Source of the DNA: Peribolospora baueri
Taxonomy: Eukaryota
Length of the DNA: 64,000 bases
Direction of reading: 5' to 3'
Assembly: GCA_029717555.1 (NCBI GenBank)
Contig: JAMDHS010000020.1
Location: 62,001 to 126,000, forward strand
Shown: positions 38,875 through 51,457 of the stretch, piece after piece
Position numbering within the stretch: the first letter of the stretch is position 1
How the letters are laid out: each line of letters opens with the position of its first letter
Made by a program: the position numbers and the translations under genes
Notes under the pieces: model-generated
Database searches by the model: none
Seen by the model: the letters and a program-made list of their open reading frames with translations, nothing else
Told to the model about the DNA's origin: nothing

Positions 38875-39950
38875 ATGAAGCTCAACGTCGCCAACCCCGC
38901 CACAGGGGCCCAAAAGTCCTACGAGATCGACGATGAGCGCCGCGTGCGCATCTTCTACGACAAGCGCATGGGCCAGGAGATCGAGGTCGATACGCTCGGC
39001 GACGAGTGGAAGGGCTACGTGCTCAAGATCGGCGGCGGCAACGACAAGCAGGGTTTCCCCATGAAGCAGGGTGTTCTCCTCCCCTACCGTGTCCGCCTTC
39101 TCCTCTCTGAGGGCCACTCCTGCTACCGTGCTCGCCGCACCGGCGAGCGCAAGCGCAAGTCGGTTCGCGGCTGCATCGTCGGCCCCGACATCGCTGCCCT
39201 CCACCTCATTGTCGTCAAGCGTGAGTGTCGCTTCGTCTCCTTCGGCGGTCGAAGGGCTAGGGACGGAGGAGGTTCACTGGAGAGATGTTTCGCAGTTGTG
39301 GAACGAAGGTGGAGCTAGCTTTGGGTTGATCGTCTGGTGTGCTAACGTTTCGGCTCCACCGGATTCACCGTATTCAGAGGGCGAGCAGGACCTTCCCGGT
39401 CTCACCGACGTGACCGTCCCTAAGCGGTGGGTTCTCACCTCAATCTGTGTTGGATTATTGGAATATGCGCTTAACTGAACATTGTTTTCGTTCTTTTCCT
39501 CCCACAGCCTTGGTCCCAAGAGGGCTACCAAGATCCGCAGGTTCTTCAACCTGACCAAGGAGGACGACGTGCGCAAGTTCGTTATCCGTCGCGAGGTTCA
39601 GCCCAAGAAGGAGGGCGCCAAGCCTTACACCAAGGCGTGAGTGTCCAAGCAGCGAGGCGGGGCGGGCCGAATTACGCGGTTATCACAGGCGTTTATCCCA
39701 CTGACGTCCTCTTCTACTCGCTCTGGCTGCACCGACCTTGCACAGTCCGAGAATCCAGAGGCTCGTTACGGACAGGCGCCTGCAGCACAAGCGCCACCTG
39801 CGTAGCCTCAAGAAGAGGCGGTTCGAGAGGCAGAGGGAGCAGGTCAAGGAGTACAACGCCATCCTCGAGAAGCGCATGGCGGAGAAGAAGGAGCACGTCA
39901 AGGCCGTCCGTGCGGCCAAGAAGGCCAAGCGCGTCGCCGCCTCTGCCTAA
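38875..39950 (+). CDS. RPS6: 40S ribosomal protein S6 (eS6)
   Basis: [68 protein letters not shown]. Three introns. Confidence 0.98.
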
Positions 39951-40485
39951 AAGCTGCACTGGCCGAGTCGACGAGTCTCCCATCGGCTCAATCCTTTCTC
40001 TCTCGCCATGTGGCCATGAAGATGACCGTCTTTTCCGCTCTCTCTCGGCCTGTCTTTCTGTTTCGCGTCCCTCTTCTTGTCAACGATGACGAGTTGGTGG
40101 GAGTGAAAACGGGTGGTCGCCAGACAGGTTCGATATGTACGCTACATGCACGCGCCCAGTCCATGTCTTCCCCTTTTATCTTTCAAAAGGCCATCTTACC
40201 CAATCTTCAGCGGCGATGCGGTGGACGAATTTCGTGACTGACTGGCTTATTCGCTATCGTGTGGTGTGACGCGTTGTGGTGGAATGCTTCTGCCGCCATC
40301 GCCCAAAGAGTCGTAGCAGGGTGGTCCCTTTAGCTCGAACTTCCACCACCGTCATTTGAGAGCAGCTGGTGTGCAGTCAGCCGGTGCTGCGGCAAGTGCA
40401 CCAGCGATCAGCGAGTCTTCGACTCGTCTTTCCACTCACCGGCCACCAGCTGACCCATCCTCGCCCGATCATTTCCGCGGCCAGC

Positions 40486-41603
40486 ATGTCTCAGCGCAAG
40501 TCGAAAAGCAAGTCTGGTAGCTCGTCACCCAGTGGTGCCGGCATGGCGATTGACAGTCTTGAGGCGGAGCGGAAGGGCGCGCACCTTCAGAATGGGAGCG
40601 CAGTTACGACTACTGAGGCGGCCTCCACTGCCGGGGGAGGCGCAGAGGAGGAGGTGACGCCCATCAAGGTGGACGTGGCTAACTTGTCCGAGCTGAAGAG
40701 CACCTGCGATGAGGCTGTGGAAAGGGTGAGCTTGTTTACCTGGACGGGCCAACGCTATGGGGAGCGGCATACAGCTGACGTAGCGACTTGACTGTCCGCC
40801 TGTCTCCATCTAATCCTGTTCCGAACATCGTCGCAGATTCTCACCAAACCTTCAGGTCCACTCTTCAAGGCATCACACTTCCACACGGACGTTCGGCTTG
40901 TCCTCGGCTTTACCTCGGCGGCCATCATGGTTGGCACGACGCTCTGGAGTTACTTCATCGAGAAGGATTGGCAGAAGAACAAGGGTTGGACGGCCGTGTC
41001 GGTGGCTGCGTGAGTGGTGCCGCTCATCCGTGTCCTATTGTCTTCAGCCGCCGTTTCTCTGTTCCACACAAGCACAGAAAGACCCTTTGTGCTTACTCCA
41101 CATGTCGCTTCTTGTTCTCGGACGGTCTTGGGCTCTCTCAGGTATATCATCCTTTCCCTCATCCAAACTGTATACGCGTATTACGTCGAAGGAGACGTCA
41201 TCTTTACCGGAAAGCGCAAGATGGTATCTAATCGAGTTGAGTGACCTTCTTCGACCTCACTACGGGCGAGAGATCGACTGACCATTGTCGTTCTTCCACA
41301 CAGATCGAGACCGAGCGCCTAACCGTCTCGTCCCCTTCCCTTCCCCCACCCACCAAAGCCACCCCGTCCTCCGCTTCCACTGCCGCTCCAACGGCTAAAA
41401 CGGCGATGGTCCCGCCGGTCTACACCCTCAAGTTCTCCTATCTTCGCTCCTCCAACGGCGGCAAGAGCATCCTCCGTCGCTCTCGCGAGAAGGTGACCTT
41501 GGGCCACTTGGGCGAGTGGTTCACCAGCGACGGCGAGTTTGTGGAGGAGGAGTTCGAGAGGAGGTTTCTGAAGGGACTGGAGAAGGTCATGGGCAGCTCT
41601 TGA
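40486..41603 (+). CDS. SPC2: Signal peptidase complex subunit 2
   Basis: KVDVANLSELKSTCDEAVER|..SHFHTDVRLVLGF (TM)..|YIILSLIQTVYAYYVEGDVIFTGKRK..WFTSDGEF. Confidence 0.88.
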
Positions 41604-42237
41604 TGAAGGCAAGTGGTAAATGGGCTTGGTTTGGTTCAACGGCGTCGTCGATGGCCAAGTTTAGGGTTGGAGCGATGAATTCGGTCCGTCGGCTCGAGCG
41701 AAGTCCACCCACGCGGGGGAAGTGCGAGTGTGGACGGACGGGCGAACATAGGGGTTTACCCAACTCACGCATATACCGCTGAAGGTCGACGTCGGCATGT
41801 AATCGTCATCTGTCCACAGATTTATCGAAGGCCGACCCTCTCTCACAGTCAGTCTGCGCCAAGGATAGTCGTTTTCCGATCGCTCACATGAAACACCTCT
41901 CCTCGCGCGAGCCGTCTGCAACCTCGGTGTCCCCTCAGGAAACTGAATCGCGTCGCGGATGCATAAAAAAGGGCTCTGTTGACGCTGCGACGATGGGGAA
42001 AGACCGGAAATGCGGGAGACTATAAAGGATGAGGAGGACGAAACGGGTCGGGTGGGTATAGACAGAACAAACGATGGACACGTCGGATTGTGGAGGAGAA
42101 ACAAAAAGGCGGATCGTCTTCGACAAGAAGAGGTCGGTCGGTCGTCGCGGGTCATTACAGGATCGTGTCGTTCGGTTCGGTTCGGTTCGGTCCAGTCCGG
42201 CGAGGGTGCCCAAGGTCCACAATGGCCGCCCGTTCCT

Positions 42238-43341
42238 CTATGCCTCGGACCCGTCCCTCTCCGCCTCGCCCGCCTTTTCGCTCTCCTCCACCGTCTCCCC
42301 GCCTTCTTTCCCAATCAACGACGTCGAGCTATCTCGATGCCGCATCGTGCCTCCCATGCCGATACCTTTGAGCTTGTGCTTAGGAACCGGCTCCCCCTCG
42401 TCCACCCCGTGGTCCTCGCGACGCGTCGAGACCAGGTTAAGGCTCTGAGCGAGTCCCAAGAGGAGAAAAAAAAGTCGTCAAGCGTAGTGAGGGTGTGTGT
42501 CGGGAAAGAAGGAGCGACGAACGTCGATCGAATCGAGTCGCGCCAAAGAGGAAGATTTGACAAGTGTGCCCCAGAAGAGCCATGTGGACTCTTGCTCACC
42601 TCGTCGAAGCCGTGCTTGCCCAGGTCCGCCCACGTCTCCGAAGGGTCGTTCTCCGTCTGGAGTGAGTACATCTGCATGAATCCCTCCAGCTGTCGCATCG
42701 AACGGGGAAGAGAGAGGAAGTGAGTGAGAACGGGTGGCGGTCGGGCGCGTCATGGAACGAACGGCTCTCGCACGACGACGTTTCCATGTGTCCGTCGTGC
42801 ACTCGTTCCGCACAAGCAGAGCGCGGGACAAGGGAGGAACGCAACTCACTGTCATGAATCCCTGATCGTTAACGTCCAAAAAGTCCAGGATCTCCTTCTT
42901 GCTCTCCTCGTCGAACGGGCTACCGTTCGTGTCGATCGCGAACCGGTCGAGACCTTCCGTGGTGAGGTAGGCATCTACGGGAGGCTTCCTTCCGCCGGAA
43001 AAGGGAAGCGAGGTCGGAGAAAAGGGCGGCTTGTCGTTCGCAAGGGCGACCGACGAGGAGGAGGGGGAGGAGGTACCATTCGCGCTGGTCCCTTCCCCCG
43101 CTTGTGACGCGGCCGCGGACGAGGAGGTGCAATATTTGCTGAAGATGTAGGTCAGCGTGTTCTCGAACTGTAGGCAACAGAGCGAGGCGAGGCAGACGGA
43201 AACGAGGTGGACGTGAGCGATTACGGTGCCCAGGGAGGACGGCGAGCTTCCATCGGCTGGCGTGGGCCAAGGTCGTGCGTGGTTGGGCAGGCTCACCTCG
43301 GGCGTCAGTTCGCCGTCTTCGTTCAAAAGGGTAGCCGGCAT
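42238..43341 (-). CDS. Small EF-hand-like conserved hypothetical protein
   Basis: MPATLLNEDGELTPE|FENTLTYIFSKY..GLDRFAIDTNGSPF..FLDVNDQGFMT|LEGFMQMYSLQTENDPSETWADLGKHGFDE|SLNL. DVNDQGFMTLEGF resembles an EF-hand loop. Confidence 0.7.
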
Positions 43342-43597
43342 CCTTCCTTCCTTCCTGCCCTGGGAGGTGCACGAGCGCCTGATCAAAGGGTGAGTGTGAA
43401 AGGGAAGGAGATGACGAGAAGGACGGTGGGCGAGAAGGGAAGGGACGGCGAAGAGGGACTGACTAGCTAGCAGGAGAACGGGTGACTGACGCACGGCGGA
43501 CGGGAGGGAATCGCGTTGCCGCAGTCTTTCGTCTTTCTCTGCGACAAGCGGCAGGGCAATCTCCCCGTCCGCCCGGCTGGGTACACACACACGCACG

Positions 43598-46500
43598 ATG
43601 GCCGTCCAGCGAAAGGCAAAACAAAAAACGACGGAGGGGAAGAGCAGCTTCAAGAAGAGCGTTCCCGTACGGCTCCTCAAGGAGCAACAGATGAAGAAGC
43701 AGCAGCGGAAGGAGGCGCAGAACGTCTCGCGAAGGGGCGATCGAGAGGACGACGACGAGGCGCGGGTCGACAAAAACGGCGCCGACGGCGCTTCTTCGCC
43801 CCGCAAGAGGCGTCGAACGGAGAAGCAGAAAGAGGCGTCGGCGTCGACCTCGTCGGAGGCTCGCACGCTGTCCTCGAAGTTGCTCGTCCCGCAGGACAGG
43901 CTGCCATGGAAAAAGCTGGAGCGCCCCTTTGAGGCGGGTTTCGATCTAGACGGGGGCCTGCTCGAGCTGGAGGAGGTGGACGGGGTGGAGGTGCGGTACG
44001 AGGAGCAGGAGGGGGGAGGGCGGATTGTCAAGTTTGCTTTGAAGGAGGAGCGGGGAGAGGGCGAAGGGAATGTAGGCGAGGAGAAAGAGGAGGCGGAGGG
44101 AATTTCTTCAGATGACTCGGAAGAACAGGAGTCTCGCGATGAGAGCGGCGAGGCGCCAGGGGAGGAGGCGGAGCGGGAGAATGCGAAGGGGAAGGGCGGA
44201 AAGGAGGACGGGGTGAAAGCTCTTTCCAGCGGTTCGGAAGAGGAGCGTGTCGAGGAAACGTTTGACGGTAAGCCCCGGCGCCGAACCGGATTCTAGGCAC
44301 GATCCTTCCATTCTCATTGGCACGATTGGGGCCTGATATCGTCTCGACGTGTTTGTTTGCAGACGCCCTCCTCCCAGCTTGGTCGTCCATCCCTCTCCAC
44401 CCGTCGCTGAAGCATGCCCTGCTCGCGATGAACTTTACGGCGCCCACCAACATTCAGGCGGCTGCGTTGCCGAAAGCTCTGGAGGGCCGAGACGTGGTCG
44501 GCGTCGCGGAGACGGTGAGTCCTGAGCAGCATCCCGTCCAGCCCGGATCTAAGGGCTTGCACACGTCTTTACGATCAGATGCGATGAGACAACATGATAT
44601 GAGATGAGATGAGCGCCTTGCTGACCGGCATCGCCTTGGATTTGTTTATTCAGGGCTCCGGTAAAACGCTAGCGTACGGGATGGCGATCCTTCACCACAT
44701 CCTCGCCAACACGGAGGACACGTCGCCGAGCGAACATGGTTCGCCTCGACGACCCCTTTCCGCCCTCGTCCTCGCCCCGACGCGCGAGCTGGCGCTCCAG
44801 GTGACGTCGCACCTGAGCGCCGTGCTGGACGCACGGCACGCTCGCGCCGCCTCTTCTTCGTCTTCCGACGGAGGGCCGCGAGGGAGGAGGGTGGTCGTGG
44901 CGAGCGTGTGCGGAGGGATGAGCGTGCAGAAGCAGAAGCGGGTGCTAGGGGCGGGACCGGACGTGATCGTCGCGACGCCGGGCCGACTGTGGGACTTGCT
45001 CGGGGACGACGACGATCTGAGTCGACAGGTGAAGTGGGTGCGGTTCCTGGTCGTCGACGAGGCGGATCGGATGATCGAGGCGGGCCACTTCAAGGAGTTG
45101 GACAGTATCCTCAAGCTGACGCGTCGTCGCACCAAGTGAGTAAGAGAGAGCGCGGGCGCTCGGTCGGTCGGTCGGTCGGTCGGTCGAAGACGAGGTTCGA
45201 CGTGTGCAGGCTGACTGATTTCGCTGACTGGCTTTCTCTCTTCATGTCCGCCGCCGCTGCGATCACCCTGGCAGGAACGACGAGGGCTTCAAAGACGAGT
45301 TCGACGCGGATGAGGCGGGCGCTGCGGCGACGGAGGCGCGGGAGGACATTCAGACGTTCGTCTTCTCCGCGACGCTGAGCAAGGAGCTGCAGCGGGACCT
45401 GAGGCGCGGGAGAGGCGGCGCTGGAGGGCAGGGCAAGGGCAGCAAAGACAAAGGCAAAAGAGGGACGACGCTGGAGGAGCTCGTTCTGAAGATGGACTTT
45501 CGTGACGAGCATCCATTCGTCATCAACCTGGCTCCCGAGAGGGGCGTCGCGGATACGCTCATGGAGGCCAAGCTGGAGTGTCTGAAGGAGGACAAGGCGA
45601 GTCGGCGGGACGGGCGGAGGGAAGGAAGTAGGTTTTGAGCGACCATTACTGACGCTCGTCCTTCTCTTTTCTTTTCTTTCAGGACCTCTACTTGTACTAC
45701 TTTCTGCTCCGCTACCCGGGGCGGACGTTGGTATTCGTGAACAGCGTCGACGGCATCCGGCGACTGCAGCCGCTGCTCTCGCTCCTCCGCTTCCAGTCGC
45801 TGCCGCTGCACTCGCACCTGCAGCAGCGGCAGCGGCTCAAGAACTTGGACCGGTTCAAGGCGGCGACCGAGGCGGTGTTGCTGGCGACGGACGTGGCGGC
45901 GCGTGGGTTGGACGTGCCGAGCGTGGAGCACGTGGTGCACTACCAGCTGCCTCGGACAGCGGATGCGTACGTACACAGGAGCGGGAGGACGGCACGAGCG
46001 AAGAGTGAGGGCGTGAGCCTGGTGCTGTGCGGGCCTGAGGAGAAGAAGGGGATGACGGAGCTAATGAGGAGCTTGCGTAGAGGTGAGCATCGGGCGCCCT
46101 TTCCAAGTCGGGCCTTCTTTTTCTTTCTCTTCGCGCGCTGAAGAAAAGCGAGCCGTTTGTCCGTCCGTTCGTCTTTTCGGCAGAGGACGAGCTGCCAGAC
46201 TTACCGGTGGAAGCGTCCTTCCTGGCGCGCCTGAAGGAGCGCATCGAGCTGGTGCGCCAGATCGACCAGGCGGAGCACAGGCTTCGGAAGGAGCAGCATG
46301 ACCGGAGCTGGCTGAGGGAGCAAGCGGAGGCGTTGGAGATTGAGATGGATTCGGACTTTGTGTGAGCGTTTGTTTCTTTTCGTCGTCGTCGAGGATCCTT
46401 CCGTCCGTCTCATCCCGCTGCTCCGTCCTTCCTTGCTTCTTTCTTGCCTCTTACAGCAGCGACTCGGACGACTCGAACTCGCCTGCGCATCGCCAGTCCA

Positions 46501-46874
46501 AGGGAAAGGCGAACGGGAGCTCGTCCAAATCGCGCGAGCTCAAGGCGCGGCTGTCTGCGCTGCTGAAACAGCCGCTGACGGCGCGCGGGGTGTCGCACCG
46601 GTACATCACGTCAGGACGGCCGGGCTTTGTGGAAGGGCTGCTGGACGGGAGGCGTGAGTGGGAGGGGGCGAGGGATGGAGAAGAGAAGAGACGGGCGGCT
46701 TTTCCGCGGACCGGCCAACTGATCTATCTCTGTTTCTTCCTTCTTTCAGAGCACGCGACGCTATTGGGGGTGGAAATGTCGGCAGCGAAGGACGATGTGG
46801 GGGTCAACGCGTCCAAGGTGGGCAGGGGAGGGAGCAGGAAGCGACGGGGCGCGGTGGAGGAGGAGGCGAATTAG
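43598..46874 (+). CDS. MAK5: DEAD-box RNA helicase MAK5/DDX24
   Basis: [73 protein letters not shown]. Confidence 0.93.
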
Positions 46875-47369
46875 GCGGCACGCAGCGCCGCAGTCAAAGT
46901 TCGCTGAATGAATGGACGAGCGGAGGCGGGCAGGAAGGGGTGCTTGTATGCGCCACGTGGCGTGCCCGCCCATTCATTCCATTTCATTCTAGTCAGTCAG
47001 TGACTCGGCAGGGGCTAGTGACGCACAGAAGAACGCCACTCAGAGTTTGTCGTTGGAGAAGAAAAAAAAAAAAAAACCTCGGGAGTGCCGAGTTTGGCCT
47101 CGAGACGGACAGATAGGCTAGGCTCATTCACGTCCTTGTCCTTGTCCGGGCGGGGGTGGAGTGACGTCATCGGCGCGTCGCCCATGAGCGAGTGTGCGAT
47201 CGATGCGTGCGCTGCGCCAGGGGCGACGGGCCGCGTGCCCCGCGTGACGCGACGCAGCGTACAACAGACGGACGGACGGACGGACGGACGGACGGCCGAC
47301 ATGGACGGGGGGTGGTGTACGTCAATAATAGCGAGTCACACGACGCGATCCGGCCAGGCCAGCAGCAGC

Positions 47370-48294
47370 ACTCACTCAGGTGGGCCAACGACCGAGGAGG
47401 ATCTCGAAGCCGTAGATGGCGCCGACGGGGGTCGTGTCAGTGACCGTGTAAAGAAGACCGCCGCCGATGGCGCTCAGCGCGGCTCCGAGCATGATCCAGG
47501 GAGACCACTAGGACTATGGCTAGAACGGGTCGAGGTGCGCGAGTTGGGAAGGAGCGGGAGTGAGGGCGGCGGCACGGAAGACGTCCGACGGACGACCGGG
47601 TTCGCACCTCTACGAAGGAGCCGGACATCATGATCGAGATCGTAGAGGACCGACCTTGATGCAAGTGGCCCAGGATGCGCCTGTCAGCGAGATCCATATG
47701 GCCCTCAACTTGAGGTCGGTCGGTGAGCCTGCCGACGACGTAGTACACGCCGACGAAGATGCCCGCTCCGCCGACTCGAAGACGACCAAGGTCTGTGGGA
47801 GGGGAACGCCGAACGGCGATGGCGGTGAGCTCGGTGCCAGGTGACCGCGGATGTCGGCCTCGAGTTGGCAGGCATGTCACGTCCCGTCGCGCTCACCGCG
47901 ATGAAGATCCACTTGGCGTCGAAGGAAGCGAAGATGCGTCCTGCAGCGCGCGGACGGAAGGATGGGGATGTGGATGTGAGCGGGCGGGTGGGGCATGTCA
48001 CATCGCATTGCTTCGCATCGCTACGCGACGACGCGACGCGACGCAACGTTACGCAGAGGTCTCACCCCATGAGAGCATGAGGGCGACGCTAGCGAGAAGT
48101 TAAGAGGATTGGAGCCAGGAGATCTTGTCGAACGTGTCGAGCTCGCGGCGATGACGGGCGCGGCGGTGCCTGAGGGCGAACAAGCGAGCGAGGGAGCGAG
48201 GTGGGCTGAGCTTGGTGGGCTGCGAGAAGAGGAGCCGAGCCACACACGCACTTGATCCCTCACCTACGACGTTCGAGTCGATGCCGTTGAGCAT
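47370..48294 (-). pseudogene. Degraded MFS drug/metabolite efflux transporter (DHA2-like)
   Basis: MLNGIDSNVV|GTAAPVIA [frameshift] ELDTFDKISWLQSS*LLASVALMLSW|GRIFASFDAKWIFIA|TLVVFE [deletion] GGAGIFVGVYYVVGRLTD [frameshift] LKLRAIWISLTGASWA..VGPL [large gap] PWIMLGAALSAIGGGLLYTVT. Introns are still recognisable. Confidence 0.75.
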
Positions 48295-49472
48295 CTCGGT
48301 CAGCACGGTGGCGAAGCGGCCACGGGCGAGGGCCGGCGGCGCGGGTAGGGACGGTTTGAGTGCGTGGGGAGGTGGTGGTGGGCGACGACGACGACGAGGC
48401 GCAGGTCTCGGTATCTTGCTGTATCTCTGCCTGCCTGCCTGCCTACCTGCCTGTCTGTCTGTCTCTTTCTCCCCTCCTTCCTCCCATTCTATCTTTCTCT
48501 CTCTTCTCCTGCTCTCATTCTCTATGCCAAGTGCGCATTGGGAGACGTCTGGTCGAGCCATGCGAATCGGAGCGAACGACGAAGCGCTGGCCTGGTTGGT
48601 CTTGCCTCGACAATGCGTTGTCCTGTCTGCGAGGGCGATGGCAGGCGTTTTCACGGTCGACGTCCACGCGGACGGCGTGGTGCGGAACGAGCGCGGGCAC
48701 GGCGCGGCATGAGTGGGCGTGAGTATCGTGTGTCTCCTCCGAAAGCGCCTGCCTGTGATTCTGTCTGCCCGCTCTGCTCTGCTCTGCTCTCCACTGCGCT
48801 GCACGCCGACCGGTCCGGTGGATAGGAGGACGCGCCTGCCTACGCCTTGGTGCCCCCGCCGGCCAGGCCAGGATGTGACCACCGCCTCTTCTTTCCCATC
48901 CGTTCTCCGTCCAGCCACGGCGCTTTGCCGGACCCTGGGTGTGTGCCGGAATGAGGGCCGGGCTGGGTGCCGTTCTGGGCCACACACAGACACGCCCGTT
49001 TTCTCCTGGCCGCACCCAGACCCAATCCAGACCGCATCCAGACGCGCGCCCACTAAGCCCCGTCACCCGCACTCGCTCTCGCACTCGCACTCGCACGACG
49101 GTTCCGTGTGGATAAGAACGGGCGTGCACTTTCGTCGCCTCCGTCGCTTGTTCTTCTCGCCGACGCGATCGCCACCCGCAACACAAACACGGACACGGAC
49201 ATGGGTCAGGGCACTACGTGCGTCCGCACAGGTCTGCTGGACCTGACCCGCGCTGCCCTCACTCGCCCCGCCGGCCAGATGGGATAGGCGCCTTCGTGCG
49301 TACCGTACCTTGTCATCCGCCGAGTCGTTTGCGACTGCTCCTGCGTGGGGGATCTCGAGTCCGAGCCCGGGCTGGAATTCGTCATCCTTATACCAGCTGT
49401 TCACCTTCCCCCCCTCCGTCGCCCCCGCTTGGCCCTCTCTCTCTCGCCCCCATACCCGTCTTCTCTACTCAG

Positions 49473-51349
49473 ATGGGCCTCCTATCGCTCCCTTTGCCCT
49501 TCGACCATGTCCCGCTGCAGGGCTTCGCCGCCGGCGTCCTCGTGCTCTGCATCCTCGCGCTCCTCTTCCGACGCGTCGTCTCGCCCTGGAAGAACGGCAA
49601 GCGCTCCCACCCGTTGCCAGACTCGCCTCCCGGCGCCTTGCCCTACTTGGGCCATCTCTTCTATGTCGCCAAGCCGAGCCTGATGCGCTCCAACTTTGAG
49701 AAGTGGGGCCCCAACTTTGGCGATATCTTCACCTACACAATCGGCCCGCACCGGTTCCTCATCCTCAACAGCACCCACGCCATCGAGGAGCTCCTCGGAA
49801 GGAGGGGCGCCATATACAGCTCGAGGCCGATGGATGCCAGTGAGTCGTCCGTCAGTCCAGTCCAGTCCAAGCGTCGGCGCCGCTTGTCGCCTGCGGCCAG
49901 TCGGCCAGGCCAGACTGGGGACGACTTTCGACGGTATGCTCACCTCTTCTCGCCTCGCCCGGCCCGGGACAGTCGCTCGCGCCTTCTTCACCCAGAAAGC
50001 CACCTCGTTCACCCCGTACGGCCCCGTGTGGAGGCACGCACGCACGCTCATCTCCAAGTCGTACGGACCGGCGCACGCCGTCTCCGACTTCACACGACGA
50101 CTCCTCGAGACCGAGGCCGGGGCGCTCGTCCAGAGGTTGGCCAGGGAGGTACCGTCGACGGAAAAGTTCGATCTGAACGTGGGCTACTACGCACTTGCCG
50201 TATCCTGGCGGACCATCTTCATGGCCGAGGAAGTGGACCCGGCGATCATCGAACCGGCGACGACGGCGGTGCGCGGCGTCACCAAGGCCGAGGGCTTCGG
50301 GTCCAAGATGGTCAATCTGTTCCCCTTCCTCGAAAAGGTACCCGGCTTCCTGCACCGCGACGTGTCGGCGGCGATCGAAGCGCGCAGGGACCTGTCCGCC
50401 ATCTTCGCCCCTCGCTACTACGAAGCCTTGGCCAAAGTCAAGGCAGAGCGTGACGGAAGGCCTCTGCCGTCCGGGCTCGAGCCGGACTGCCACGCGCGTT
50501 TCGTCGCAGAATCGCAGCTGGACGGCGAGATCGACGAAGAGCGGGCCGTGTTCCTCATCGTCGGCCTCCTCTCGGCCACGTCGGACACGACGAGCGGGAG
50601 CGTGAGCTGGATGGTCAAGTACCTGGCCGAATACCCGGAGGTGCAAGCCAAAGCGCACGCCGTGCTGGACGAGGTGGTGGGCCGCGACCTGTTGTCGCCG
50701 CCGACGCTGGCACACGACGCGCGCGAGCCCGACGGCCACTCGGCGCTCGAGTACATCCGCGCCATCGTCAAGGAGACCAACAGGCTCAACCCGGCCTCTC
50801 CCACCGGCGGCCCGAGGGTGGTGGAGCAAGACGACGCCTACAAGGGACGCTTCATCCCTCGCGGCTCCATCGTCTTGCTCAACCTCGGCCACGTTCAAAG
50901 GGACCCGGCGGTGTACGAAGACCCTCTCCGCTTCGATCCCGAGCGTTGGCTGCGCGCTGACAAGACGGGCAAGCGCCCCGGCCTCGACCTCGCCCACGAC
51001 GTGTGGCCCTGTGAGTTGTTTGCTCAGCCCCACTCTGTCCGTCTGTCCATCCATCCCTTTCGATCCTTCCCAGACGTGTGCCCGGAAACAGACCTGACTC
51101 TGATCACCCTCTTTCTCTATCCACCCCTCGCCCCCCTTTCCCCCATCAGTCGGCGCGGGCCGCCGGATCTGCCCGGGCATCTATCTAGCGACCGAATCTC
51201 TTTTCATGGCCATCACGTACATCCTTTGGGCGTTTGAAATTCGACCCCGCCACCCTTCTGACACGCTTGACACGGCCAAGGACCCGGGTGTGGGCAAGAT
51301 CGTGGTGGCACCCACGTCTTTGGACGTCGTTCTCGTACCCCGTCTGTAA
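49473..51349 (+). CDS. Cytochrome P450 monooxygenase
   Basis: N-terminal TM, PPGALPYLGH, IYSSRP, I-helix LSATSDTT, KETNR (ExxR), FDPERW, spliced heme motif F|GAGRRICPG. Introns near 49839-49972 and 51011-51149. Confidence 0.95.
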
Positions 51350-51457
51350 TAATTGTATTCATTGTGACTGCCTGCGCCTGCGCCTGCCCCCCCAGCACAT
51401 TCCGTTCCCCTATCCCTTTTTCATTCCTTCATGACCTGTAATCCATTAGTGACAAGC

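Noticed and set aside
49852..51180. Long antisense ORFs over the P450 (also 42478-44031, 55978-56754, 10687-11544)
   Set aside because: Shadow ORFs expected from high GC and codon bias; no recognisable motifs.
51338..51349. P450 ending in -PRL (PTS1-like)
   Set aside because: The protein has an N-terminal ER anchor, and PR near the end is common in P450s.
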